From Octopus sinensis (taxonomy: Eukaryota), in contig NC_043010.1 of assembly GCF_006345805.1 (NCBI RefSeq), positions 48,670,001-48,734,000 on the forward strand: 64,000 nt of DNA, written 5' to 3'. Shown here piece after piece: positions 13,400 through 25,760 of this stretch. Position numbers and translations under genes: made by a program. A model generated the notes under the pieces. The model was not told where the DNA came from. It worked only from the letters and a program-made list of their open reading frames with translations, and did not search any database. Numbering within the stretch: the stretch's first letter is position 1; each line of letters starts with the position of its first letter.

Positions 13400-13782
13400 A
13401 TTGCATTGACGAAAACTATCACTCAAATCGAAATTAAGAATTTACTGGCATTATGAGTAGCAACCAAAATGTGTTCCAAACACTGATTAAATCAGTGTTT
13501 CTCAATCTTTTTTTTTTCTTTGGTCCCAAACCCTCATATGCATTATTTTACACGATGTTCCATCTATTCACCTTACTGTGAAAGGTTGATATAAAGGTTC
13601 TCTTGCTTTTCCCCCTCGTTTTCGTGTTTCTTTCTTTCTTTCTTTTTCTCTGCTACTATCCTTGCTGTGATCCGCTTGATAGATGATAGTATGAGGTCAC
13701 CAGTAATTGTTGTCTCTGTAATTTCGGGGGAGGAGGCAAATTGATTACATCGACCCCAAGGCTCACCTGTCACTTATTTTAT
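13400..13782 (+). repeat. Left arm of a ~385-bp inverted duplication (partner 16110-16499)
   Basis: Near-identical reverse complement; the ORF track gives nearly the same peptide (MTGEPWGRCNQFASSPEITETT) on opposite strands. Confidence 0.95.
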
Positions 13783-14028
13783 CGACCCCGAAAGAATGAA
13801 AGGTAAAGTCGACCTCGGCGGAATTCACACCATTATATATTAACATTTGATTCAGTAACAAGTCTCCAAGTTCACAATTATTTGCTAATTCAGTTTATTA
13901 TATTATGATTTGTTATTCTATGTATGTATGTATGTATGTATGTGTGTGTATGTATGTATGTATGTATGTATGTATGTATGTATGTATGTATGTATGAATG
14001 TCTGTATGAATATATGTGTGTATGTATG

Positions 14029-14094
<66 letters not shown>

Positions 14095-14495
14095 TTATCT
14101 ATCTATCAGTCTCCCTATTTAGCTTTCTGTCTGCCTGTCGGTCTATCTTTTTATTTGTATATCTCGCCGTCTATCTGTTTGTCTGTTCGTCCATTTGTCT
14201 ATCTCTCTGTTTCACTACCTATCAATATATATATATATACCTATTTAATATACCTATATCTCTTTCTAAGACTATATCTTTCAATATAAAAAAAAACCTA
14301 AACCCAAAAATCATCTATTTTCTGTTATGTTTGTTTTGCTTGTACATTTTCTCACATTTCTGTCAACCATTTATAATTGCACCGAGTGAATACATATCGT
14401 GTAAGCAAGTTACTTGTGAAACCCCAACACATTTACGTATATGTGTGTGTATGCACGCGTGCGCGTTTATATGTGTACGCGTATACATACATACA

Positions 14496-14533
<38 letters not shown>

Positions 14534-14559
14534 ATATATATATATATATTATATATATA

Positions 14560-14600
<41 letters not shown>

Positions 14601-14694
14601 CAACAATTGAGGGTAAAATTAATTAATTAATTAATCAATTTCACCAAGTATTCAGTATGCAAAGGGACCATTTAAGGCAAATTCAAATTATTAC

Positions 14695-15301
14695 ATTATA
14701 TAAAAGGGCTTAGTAAAATAAATTACTTTGCCGCATACTGAACTCGTTAGAAATAGCAGCTAAAAAAACTATTCTAACACTTAAAGAAAACCTCTCTCAT
14801 ATAGTGCTTGCTCAATTCAACCAAGAAGTATGAGGGTAGAGACATTAAAAAATCAAATGCAAAGGTTATTTGAGTACGTACGTTTCAAGATTAGCCAAAT
14901 CGACCCTTCTCTCATCAGCTCAGAATGCCCTTGTTTGAGTTTGAAACACTGAAAATGGGAGCATACCCTTTCGGCTTGTATCGCTTCTGAAGATTTGTTC
15001 CAACTAACAGTGCTAGCTAACTCAAATATGCAAGAGAAAAATTTCTGTTCTCCCCTTTCCACCAGCTGATGGGCATTCTGAGCTGCTGAGAGAGAAGGGT
15101 CGATTTGGCTAATCTTGAAACGTACGTACTCAAATAACCTTTGCATTTGATTTTTTAATGTCTCTACCCTCATACTTTCTTGGTTGAATTGAGCAAGCAC
15201 TATATGAGAGAGGTTTTCTTTAAGTGTTAGAAATAGTTTTTTTAGCTGCTATTTCTAACGAGTTCAGTATGCGGCAAAGTAATTTATTTTACTAAGCCTT
15301 T

Positions 15302-15309
<8 letters not shown>
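14695..15309. mobile_element. Fold-back/MITE with ~236-bp near-perfect inverted arms (14695-14930 and 15071-15309)
   Basis: Arm-by-arm comparison shows only a handful of differences; 140-bp spacer. Confidence 0.92.
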
Positions 15310-15343
<34 letters not shown>

Positions 15344-16109
15344 TAGTATATACTATACATACATACACAACAGAAATACATATATACATACATTCATACA
15401 CACACAAAAACGCCTCCGGAATCATAAAACCGGAACAGCTGCTGAAGTCTTGATAGGTTTTTAAATGTTGTAGTCACTACTGGAGCAGGATTTCGCAAAG
15501 AGATAAATCTAATTAGTTTAGTCGTGAGAATCTTTAAAAATTTACAAAATTTCTCTTTTGTTTCTATTCCTTTACTTTCAGATATTGTATCATTCAACAC
15601 AGTTTTCTTACTTTCTTCTGATCTCAGATTTGCGAACTAATTTTGTTTTCTTTTTTCCCGTTAAGGTTCGCTGTTACTTTTTTTTTATAAAATTTTATGT
15701 AATAAGATAATAGAAGGCTTAAATTTTTTATTATAAAAACTAATCATTTGTCACCTTCGGGGAATAAAAAAAATATTTTCATTTCGTGATGATTATCATA
15801 CCTGTAGGATTAGCCGAAAAAAATGCTGTCAATAACAAATTAGAGTTCCATTAATTAGGATGTCCATTTATTAGATTAATTCGTCAAAACGAAAAGGTTC
15901 GCATCATTCCCAGTCCGGTAGACAAAAAAAAGAGAAAGATTAAAAAATCATACTTTGGTGATTGGAGGAAGGGCAGTGTTCCTTTGTTGATGGTTTTCTC
16001 TACAATAGATGGAAGAACTGTATTTTGATATTCCATTAAAAAGAAAAAGACCAGAAATTTTATTAGAACGTGTACGCAACACCCTTAGTTATGGAGAATT
16101 TTCAAGAAA

Positions 16110-16499
16110 ATAAAATAAGTGACAGGGGTGCCCTGGGGTCGATGTAATCAATTTGCCTCCTCCCCCGAAATTACAGAGACAACAATTACTGATGACCTCA
16201 TACTATCATCTATCAAGCGGATCACAGCAAGGATAGTAGCAGAGAAAAAGAAAAAGAAAGAAAGAAACACGAAAACAAGAGGGGGGAAAAAGCAAGAGAA
16301 CCTTTATATCAACCTTTCACAGTAAGGTGAATAGATGGAACATCGTGTAAAATAATGTATATGAGGGTTTGGGACCAAAGAAAAAAAAAAGGATTGAGAA
16401 ACACTGATTTAGTCAGTGTTTGGAACACATTTTGGTTGCTACTCCTAATGCCAGTAAATTCTTAATTCCGATTTCAGTGATAGTTTTCGTCAATGTAAT
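16110..16499 (-). repeat. Right arm of the inverted duplication (partner 13400-13782)
   Basis: See partner. Confidence 0.95.
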
Positions 16500-16728
16500 G
16501 GGACAGCATGGCATGATTATTCCTTTTAAGAGAAAATAATTCCATGCATCAGTTGCAGCGTGGAAGAAACAAGTTAGCCATATCCAGAAACGCACAGACT
16601 TCATTTAAACATTTATTATCTGTAAAATGGTGTTAACATTTTCTTCGCTCGAAACTGCGGCCTGGTCTCTGACAAAATGGGTTCTGTATCTTACAAACCG
16701 AATTTAACTCTCTTTCTGTGTTTCTTAA

Positions 16729-16989
16729 ACTCTTTTACTCTTTTACTTGTTTCAGTCATTTGACTGTGGCCATGCTGGAGCACCGCCTTTAGTCGAGCAA
16801 TTCGATCCCAGGAGTTATTCTTTATAAACCTAGTATTTATTCTATCGGTCTCTTTTGCCGAACCGCTAAGTTACGGTAACGTAAACACACCAGCATCGGT
16901 TTTCAAGCGATGTTGGGGGGCAACCACAGATGCAAAAGCACAACACACACACACACACACACCACACACACATACATGCACACACACAC

Positions 16990-17028
<39 letters not shown>

Positions 17029-17202
17029 ATACATATAAGCGACGGGATTCTTTCAGTTTTCGTCTACCAAATCCATTCACAAGGCTTTGGTCGACCAGAG
17101 GCTATAGTAAAAGACACTTGCCCAAGGTGCCACCTAGTGGGACTGAACCCAGAACTATATGGTTGGTAAACAAGCTACTTACCACACAGCCACACATACG
17201 CC
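16729..17202 (-). mobile_element. SINE family A, full length with an internal (CA)n expansion
   Basis: Colinear with 287-713 and 30281-30681. Confidence 0.88.
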
Positions 17203-17567
17203 TAAATTTAATAAACGAACTGACGAGGATGAGATTGTTTTGTTTTTTTTTCAAACTGCTTTTATCTTAGTTTCAAAACATGATCTCAGACAAAAAGACC
17301 ACGTCACGAAATCATCATAATTCTTTGAAGTCTGCAATGAAAGTTACTACAGTCTTTTGCAAAAATATATATTCCCTTAAGAAATTAAGATTTTCCTCCT
17401 CTATCTCTCAATCATAGATAATTGAGAAGATGAAAATACATTTTTTTTCTAATGATGCCACATGGTCAGCAATTTTGACGGGAGGTGTAAGTCGATTAGT
17501 TCGACATCAGTGCTTTACTTCATCGACCCCAGAAAGATGACGGGGAAAGTCGGCAGAATTAGAACTC

Positions 17568-17625
<58 letters not shown>

Positions 17626-17627
<2 letters not shown>

Positions 17628-18027
17628 GCCCTGCTGCAGTATCAGGCAGTGGCTCTCGTGGCTTCTGATCCTAACTGATTGGAAGTGTTATCATGTACAT
17701 TGTTTTGTCTGGTATAAAAGATGGGCTACAGCAAATATTCTGCTCAATACCACAGATTTGCTTGTCAGTTGTTTGGCCTTAACCAGTTGAGCTTGTCCCT
17801 AGGTGGCTGACGATATGTGCATCTCTGATCATGAGCAGAAGTAGTGGGGTAGCATCATAGCCGTGTTTTGAAAGGAATTCTTGGAGGTTTAGATAATTCA
17901 CCTCTGAAAACATGGGTGGTTCGGTCAACATCCTTAAACAACCCTTATTCAGGGGCCTTTTTAGCGGGATGGGCTTCATATATTTTACCCCAGCGTCAAT
18001 TTGATGGCATGCACTGCTCTCTCACTC

Positions 18028-18066
<39 letters not shown>

Positions 18067-18071
18067 TAATA

Positions 18072-18109
<38 letters not shown>

Positions 18110-18123
18110 CTAAAAATAATAAC
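17626..18123 (+). mobile_element. Non-LTR retroelement 3' end (family E) ending ...GCATGCACTGCTCTCTCACTC(AAT)n
   Basis: Second copy at 18569-19010 and fragment at 35530-35725; (AAT)n tail. Confidence 0.7.
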
Positions 18124-18169
18124 AATAATAATGGTTTCAAATTTTGTTACAGTGGCAACCATTTTTGAG

Positions 18170-18540
18170 GAGGGGATGTGTCGATTACATAGACCCCGAA
18201 AGGAGGAAAGACAAAGACGACCATGGCGGAATTTGAACTCAGAACGTGGCGACGGGTGAAATACTGCTAAACATTTCGTCCAGCGTGTTATCAATTCTGC
18301 CAACTCGCCGCTTTAATAAAAATAATCCTTTCTACTTAAGGTACAAGGTCTAGGATCTGTGGGTAGGGGACTAGTCGATTACATCGACCCCAGTTTTTCA
18401 CTGGTACTTAATTTATCAACCTCGAAAGGATGAAAGGCAAAGTCAACCTCGGTGGAATTTGAACTCAGAGCGTAGCAGCAGACGAAATGCAGCTAAGCAT
18501 TTTCAACGGCGTGCTAACGATTCTGCCAGCTCGTGGCCTT
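18170..18540 (-). mobile_element. Two tandem copies of SINE family B (head GGCGGCGAGCTGGCAGAA...)
   Basis: Match to 56937-57167, 59921-60150 and 60551-60777. Confidence 0.8.
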
Positions 18541-18568
18541 AATGATAATAATGATAATAGTAATTTAT

Positions 18569-19007
18569 CAGTTGAGCACGTCCTTTAGTGGCTGACAATA
18601 TGTACATCTCTGATCACGAGCGGAAGTATTGGGGGAGCATCGTAGCCATGTGCTGAGAGGAATTGCTTGGGGATTGAAAAATTCACCTTCGGTAACATGG
18701 GTGTGTCGTTTAACAACCTTAAACATCCCTTATTCGGGGACCTTTTGAGTGGGATCGGTTACTCGAAATGAAGAAAGTTCTACCTGGGTCCCACCTGCAA
18801 GGTCATGTGCTATTTATCTAGATATGAGATCACCATGTCGCGCACATATGGTTGTGATGCATGTGCCTGATGTACCCTTATTAGACGGGTAGTTATGATG
18901 GGTGTACTGGGCTTCGTATATTTTACCCCAGTGTCACTTTGATGGCATGCACTGCTCTCTCACTCAATAATGATAATAATAATAATAATAATGATTATAA
19001 TAATAAT

Positions 19008-19010
<3 letters not shown>
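18569..19010 (+). mobile_element. Family E 3' end, second copy
   Basis: Colinear with the 3' part of 17626-18123; same terminal motif and (AAT)n tail. Confidence 0.7.
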
Positions 19011-19047
<37 letters not shown>

Positions 19048-19589
19048 GTTACACGCGCAAATCGTAAACAATCGCTAAGGCATTCGTTCACAAAGCAAAC
19101 CCCATTAAAAAAAGGATTATACAAAAATACAGAAGAGTGTAATGATGTCAGACTGAGTCTCACACCAAGATGTTGAGATATTAGTCAATTTATTCTCTGA
19201 AACGAAAATATCATTACAGGCAAGAACTTCTACGAAAGCATCATTTTTCCTTTTAAATAATCGTATGCGGATTCTGTATGGTAGGGTCTTTTCACTTCTT
19301 TCAATAAAATTAAACAAAAGGTTCCCCTAGAGATGAAATGGGAGCTGTTTTTATTTGAACAGGCCGAGAACCTTAATCCTTTTTAAATTATATGAGAGAT
19401 CCTTAAGTCAAACCTGAACACAAAAACGTTCAAATCAAGGATTATTATTTGTTCAGCTCAGAGGAAAGGCTTAAGAATTTGAGCTTGTATACTTGTAAAA
19501 GCTGCTTGTATGTTTACGTCTTCGTTATTTAGCGGTTTGGTGAAAGAAACCGATAGAATAAATAGCAGGGTTAAACAATTAAGTACGGG

Positions 19590-20256
19590 GTACGTATGAT
19601 ATCTGAGGACACATTTATGTTTATGAAAAAAAAACCCAGATATATAACAGATAATAACATTATTTATAAAAGAATGCTATGAGGATAAAAATAAACCTCC
19701 TTTTCTATAATGTTATTCAGTTTCAACAACTGCTTTTATATGAGATCTAAATCATCTACATGCTCGAATCAAGTGGTCCTGGTTCATTTTGGACATTTCT
19801 CTGATTATGGCAGCTTTCAAAAAATCGTTGGTGTTGTGGGTGTGTGTTCATTGACCGCTCTCTCCACAACGCTCCACATGTAATAGTCCAATGGATTGAG
19901 ATCTATGGAATTAGGAGGTCAAATGTTAGGGGTTACGTGATCATGAATAATTTCAGCTATCCATTCCTGTGTTACTAGAGCCATGTGTGATAGTGCAAAG
20001 CCTTACTGAAACACATATAGCCTTCCATTGCATACACTGTCTATCCAGGGCTTAACAATTGTTTCCAGGAATTCAATGTAGATTTAACTCTAAGGCCTTG
20101 TGGAAAGAAGTAAGGAGGCATCACATGTCCTTCATTGGAGGCATCACATGTCTATGACATTTGCAGCAAATTTTGTATGCATAACACTTGGAACTTCAGA
20201 AGGGTCTGCACATAACCATCTGTCATTTCTTCTGTTAATTTTTAACGTTTTGATCT
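19590..20256 (-). mobile_element. DD37D (maT-like) transposase relic, second copy
   Basis: Homologous to 11500-12090: DPSEVPSVMHTKF...ETIVKPWIDSVCNGRLYVFQ...HDHVTPNI*PPNSIDLNPLDYYMWSVVER. Confidence 0.82.
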
Positions 20257-21290
20257 TAGTCATCCCTGTATAATCCTGCATCTATAAAAGAGTATTTCAG
20301 ATGCAGGTTATGCAAAATATAAGCTCTTATAAGCATACATAACTCCGCCCTATCGGCATATCGAATAAAGAATCCTCGTTTTTTTTTTACCCAGGTGGTA
20401 TCATCGTAAAATGGAGGGGTTCCCTTGCATGTAGGATAATATCTATATCCAATGGTGACGTATTGTTTTGCGAAGTCTAATGATTTAAGAAGTAAAGGCC
20501 TGGATAATACGGGTAAAAATCGACACTATCGAACTACGTAAATTTGCAGTTACATTTATGGCTAATTCCCTTGAACCAATCTATAACTGACATACTATTT
20601 CCCCAAATCCTTAAGTTTAATATTCTATTTAAATAATTTTTTTAAAACAAAATCTAAAATATTTTTTGCTACTAATGCATATTTCTGTTTTAGCGGGGCT
20701 GATTAGTCTACATTTAGGGTTTCTACTGAAATTAGCTTTATGGTCCTTAATAATGGGTTGGCTTGGGGGAAGTATTTTATCCTATCACCAACTTTAAGAA
20801 TGCTAGTAATCCTTCTTACTTCAATATTCACCTCTTTATATAAGTTCGTGTTAGCTTTTTTGTAGGTGTCTGTAATGCTATTCGAAAGGAGTCAGTAGTA
20901 AAGATCTTTTTCAATTGCTTATAGATTTTCTGTTTTATCGGAGTTTACGAAAATATTATCCGAGTTCCTTATATTTCTAATTTTTTCTTTCCTATCTCTC
21001 TGGAGTGAATTGCTGAATTTACGGAATTTTATTCTTCTAAGTTCGAAAAGGTCTTTTTCAAAAGCTTTTAATTCCATAATAAGTAGTGGGTTTTTAGATT
21101 TAAGGCCATACTTGTTTCTGTTATTCACTTGTTTCGTGTCAAAGAAGTAAGCTTGCCATCTCATTCCTCGGATAAAATTTTCCGTGTTTTCAATTTGGCT
21201 GTTGAGTTATTGCTTCTGCGTAGGGATTGCTATGTTTTTAAAGAAAAATCCAACGAGTAGAGTTCCATTTTTTAGCTGATTCTTTTCCCC
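20257..21290 (-). mobile_element. Penelope-like reverse transcriptase relic, truncated just after YRDD
   Basis: ELKAFEKDL...IKFRK...NIFVNSDKTENL...VIDWFK.I..K.NCKF..FD.VDFYP...DRAELC.LI..YILH.L...DAGLYRDD (YRDD at 20259-20270). Confidence 0.85.
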
Positions 21291-21922
21291 ATTTTTTTCA
21301 GCTTCTTCCTACATGTGGAGTGTCGTTCAAACTTTCTTAAAAAGGAGCAAGTTACATTAGAGTAAGCACAGAAATGTGAATCAATGTGGGAAAAAATAGA
21401 ACTCAAATACCGGAGGTTGCGTAAATATGCTTTATTATTAAAGCTGGAAAAACATCACAAAAGAATCACAAAAAACTGTTCGTTCGTCGGACATTTTTGA
21501 TTGAGAATGGAAAAAAATTAAGGTAATATGTATAAATATACAATTTACATTGACAGATACGCATTTGAAATTGGTTTCGTTTCACAGATTCTTTCAACTA
21601 ATGAGGTTTTTTCTAAGAAACGTTGATGTACATAAAAGGTTTAAAAATCATAATGTAAAATCATAGGAAACCTTAAATAAAAAATATAACTTTAGTTAGA
21701 AGGAAAAAAACATATTTGCCCAGAGTAAATTAATTAATGGTAAAATAAATTTAATTAAAATAAATCTAAGTCTGTTTATAATAATATTCACTTACAGAAA
21801 TATAACAGCATAAAAATATAAACACATTACATACAAATAACATTCACTTATTCATACACACACAAAAGACATATACATACATACATATGTACACTATATA
21901 TATATATATATATATAATATAT

Positions 21923-22100
21923 AATATATTCTGTTACTGTATTAATTCATTCCATCTGGAATTTTCCGTCCTTCATTTTTAGTCCTTGTTTGTCCTTCCC
22001 TTCAATGACATTTCTTATATCACTGACGCAACCAGACACGCAGTGTCATGGAACTTAGACCTCAGATTTTCAACGCGCCAAATTTTCTCTTTTAGTCTGA

Positions 22101-22153
<53 letters not shown>

Positions 22154-22272
22154 GAGAGAGAGAGAGAGAGAGAGAGATAAGAAATGTCATTGAAGGGAAG
22201 GACAAACAAGGACTAAAAATGAAGGACGGAAAATTCCAGATGGAATGAATTAATACAGTAACAGAATATATT
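21923..22272. repeat. Perfect 96-bp inverted repeat (21923-22018 / 22177-22272) with a 158-bp spacer
   Basis: Base-by-base comparison found no mismatch. Confidence 0.95.
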
Positions 22273-23049
22273 TTATATATATATATATATAATATATATA
22301 TATATATATCAGCAGGGTTTTTTTTTTAGTATTTAATTAGTATTGCGGTGAGAAAATATTTCGAAATTGCACAAGGTGATTTGTTTCTATTCCTTTCTTT
22401 CAATAATGCATAATTCCCTTCAATTTTCCTTCTTCATACTTTTTTTTAAAGTTTTGTGGGATTTGTATTCAAATATTTTTTTAAAAGAAAGTTTGTTATT
22501 TTTTCCAATTATATTATGTAATTACACCATGCATGGCCTATAGTTTTGTTCACAAAATGTAATCATCTCTGGACCTTCCAGGAACGGAAAAATGTTTTCA
22601 ATTCATGATGAATATCATAGCTTTAGGATCCTTGAAAAGACGTTAACAATAACAAATTAAAATTCCATTAATTAAACCGTCCATTGATTAGATTAATTCA
22701 GCAAAATAAAAGGACCTTCATCCTTCTGTGTTCAAGAAAAGAAAAAGCAAAAAGTATAACGTTCTGCGGTGGAAAACAGACGTTCGCTTCTTTATCGGAG
22801 AATGCTTCTTCGATCGACAGCAGAAATATATCTAAGATATACAATTAAAAGCTTCAGAATTTGTATCAGAGCTCGTAACTAAAGTACTCCTTATGAGGTG
22901 AAGAGGAAACAGTTTACTAATTACAAATTCTGCCTTTTCTGCTCATTCTGTAAAATTTCAAACTAGAGTCTAGATATGTAAACCATGCTAATTATGCGCA
23001 GAAAATTATTAAGTTATAGTCTCCCTTTACAATACACGTTTGGCGAGTG

Positions 23050-23500
23050 GTGTCTAGCTGCGTGTAGATGATGCGAAGTTGGAGAAAGTTAAGAAGGATT
23101 GAAGAGTCATGTTACTGCATAAGATGTCGAAATTATTGTATGTGGCAGCAAGTAGGTCTCTGATATATTGAAAGCAGACAGTAAAGGACTAAGGCGAACA
23201 TTCAGAAACACAAGAGAGGTGTAAGAGTGTGGCAGAAAGATCTCTGTCAACACATGCAGTGATGGTGTGATCTATTAGGAAGCTGCCGGTCCAGGACATG
23301 AAAGTTGGGTTGATCCGGTAGGTGGAAAGTTTTAATAGGTGACACGTATTTCAAACACAGTTGAAGATTTTGTTGATGTCTAGGGCAACAACATTGCTTT
23401 CACCGAAGCTCTCTAAAGCCAGTAGGCTGCCAGTGGATCTGGCTCTGGAGAAGTACTGGTGATTATGAGTAAATAATTAGAGCACACGATTTTTAATGGA
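23050..23500 (-). mobile_element. CR1/Jockey-group LINE reverse transcriptase fragment
   Basis: HQY.FSRARSTGSLL..ALESFGESNVVALDINKIFNCV*...LLKLSTYRINPTFMSWTGSFL..TI...VD (RT domains 3-4 pattern). Confidence 0.7.
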
Positions 23501-23611
23501 TGTCTCCATTACCATAGAGAGATATTAGAAGTGAGATCAACAGGTGTATTGTTGGCGGGGTAAGTTTGAGTATATAGGAAGCGATATTCTCAGGGCATCG
23601 TTATGTGTATC

Positions 23612-23643
<32 letters not shown>

Positions 23644-23682
23644 GCATACATACATACATACATACATACATACATACATACA

Positions 23683-24063
23683 TGGCACTCCGTCGCTTAC
23701 GACGACGAGGGTTCCAGTTGATCCGATCAACGGAACAGCCTGCTTGTGAAATTAACGTGCAAGTGGCTGAGCACTCCACAGACATGTGTACCTTTAACGT
23801 AGTACTCGGGGATATTCAGCGTGACACAGAGTGTAACAAGGCTGACCCTTTGAATTATAGGCACAACAGAAACAGGAAGTAAGAGTGAGAGAAAGTTGTG
23901 GTGAAAGAGTACAGCAGGGTTCGCCATCATCCCCTGCCGGGGACTCGTGGAGCTTTAGGTGTTTTCGCTCAATAAACACTCACAACGCCCGGTCTGGGAA
24001 TCGAAACCGCGATCTATGACCGCGAGTCCGCTTGCCCTAACCACTGGGTCATTGCGCCTCCAC
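23683..24063 (-). mobile_element. tRNA-derived SINE family D, variant with a long alternative 3' tail
   Basis: Head GTGGAGGCGCAATGACCCAGTGGTTAGGGC... shares ~180 bp with the 33144 and 34561 copies, then diverges. Confidence 0.85.
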
Positions 24064-24136
24064 ATACACACACACACGCACGCACACACACGCGCGCGCA
24101 CACACACATACATACATACATACATACATACATACA

Positions 24137-24202
<66 letters not shown>

Positions 24203-24431
24203 ATAGTCATTCAAGTACTATATCTATCAACAAGTTGAGTTAGCTATAACAGTGAGACAACGAGGTGTTTTTTTGTCATATCATTTTCCCCTCAGTATTT
24301 GTGCCTCGTCTAAATATATTTATTTCATTGCACTCACTTCGTTAATGTTCTTGCTGAAGACATTAAGACACCAACGGTTTGTTTGAAGTGAATCACTAAC
24401 TGATGACCACCACCTTCTTCACAAGCACGCA

Positions 24432-24467
<36 letters not shown>

Positions 24468-24883
24468 AACACACACACATACGCATACATACATGTACAC
24501 TCACACAAACACTCTTTCTACCTCTCACTCTCTTGGGGGTAACTATTTAAGAAATGTCCAGCAGAAAAACTGAATACTTTTAATGTATACCAACCAAATG
24601 TGTTGTGTTAGATAAATATGGCGCTTTGTTATTTCTTATTTGAATGCTACTTTTAAAGGAATTAACAGAGAGGGAGAGAGAGAGAGGGGGTAGTGGGAAA
24701 GAAAGAAAAAAAAGAAAACGAAATAAAAAGAAAGCTGAAACCCAAAGTTTAAGAACAAGAACTTCAATTACATCGAAAACAATCAGCAAAACATCGACAA
24801 AACAAGAAAAACAACGACAGCACAAAAGGCATGAACAATAATAACCGCAGTAAAATGTAGTGTACAATGTAAATAATAAAAAC

Positions 24884-25690
24884 AATAAACTTTTGTACTA
24901 TAGGTACAAGGCCTGAAATTTGCGGGGAGGGGACTAGTCGATAACATCGACCCCAGTGTTTCACTGGTACTTAATTTATCGACTCCGAAAGAATGAAAGG
25001 CAAAGTTGACCTCGGCGGAATTTGAACTCAGAACGTAGCGGCAGACGAAATACCTATTTCTTTACTACCCACAAGGTGCTAAGCACAGAGAGGACAAACA
25101 AGGACAGACAAACGGATTAAGTCGATTATATCGACTCCAGTGCGTAACTGGTACTTATTTAATCGACCTCGAAAGGATGAAAGGCAAAGTCGACCTCGGC
25201 GGAATTTGAACTCAGAATGTAACGGCAGACGAAATACAGCTACGCATTTCGCCCGGCATGTTAAGTTTCTGCCAGCTCGCCGCCTTAATAATAATAGGTA
25301 ATAACAATGATAACCTTAAGTTATATACAAACAAAAGGGGTGGGGAATGACCTGGATGTTCTTGAAGCATAACCAGTAAACAAGTGCCACCTTAGTCTGC
25401 TGGCTGTAGTCAGCTGACACTTGCCATCATACCCAGCAATATAAGTTGTGAGTTTTCATAAATGGAAAATAATAGTCCTTCCTACTGGAGGCACAAGGGC
25501 TCAAATTTGTGGAGAGGTGGCCAGTCGATTACATCGACACCAGTATTCCACTGGTACTAAACTTATCGACCCCGAAAGGATGAAAGGCAAAGTCGACATC
25601 CGTGGAATTTGAACTCAGAACGTAGCGACGGGTGGAATACCGGTATTTTCTCCAGCCTGCTAACAATTTTGCAAGCTCACCGCCTTAATA
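24884..25690 (-). mobile_element. Cluster of three same-orientation SINE family B copies
   Basis: Three occurrences of GTCGATT(A)CATCGAC...GAAAGG(A)TGAAAGGCAAAGTCGAC...GAATTTGAACTCAGAA. Confidence 0.85.
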
Positions 25691-25719
25691 ATAATATAAT
25701 AATAATAATAATAATAATA

Positions 25720-25760
<41 letters not shown>

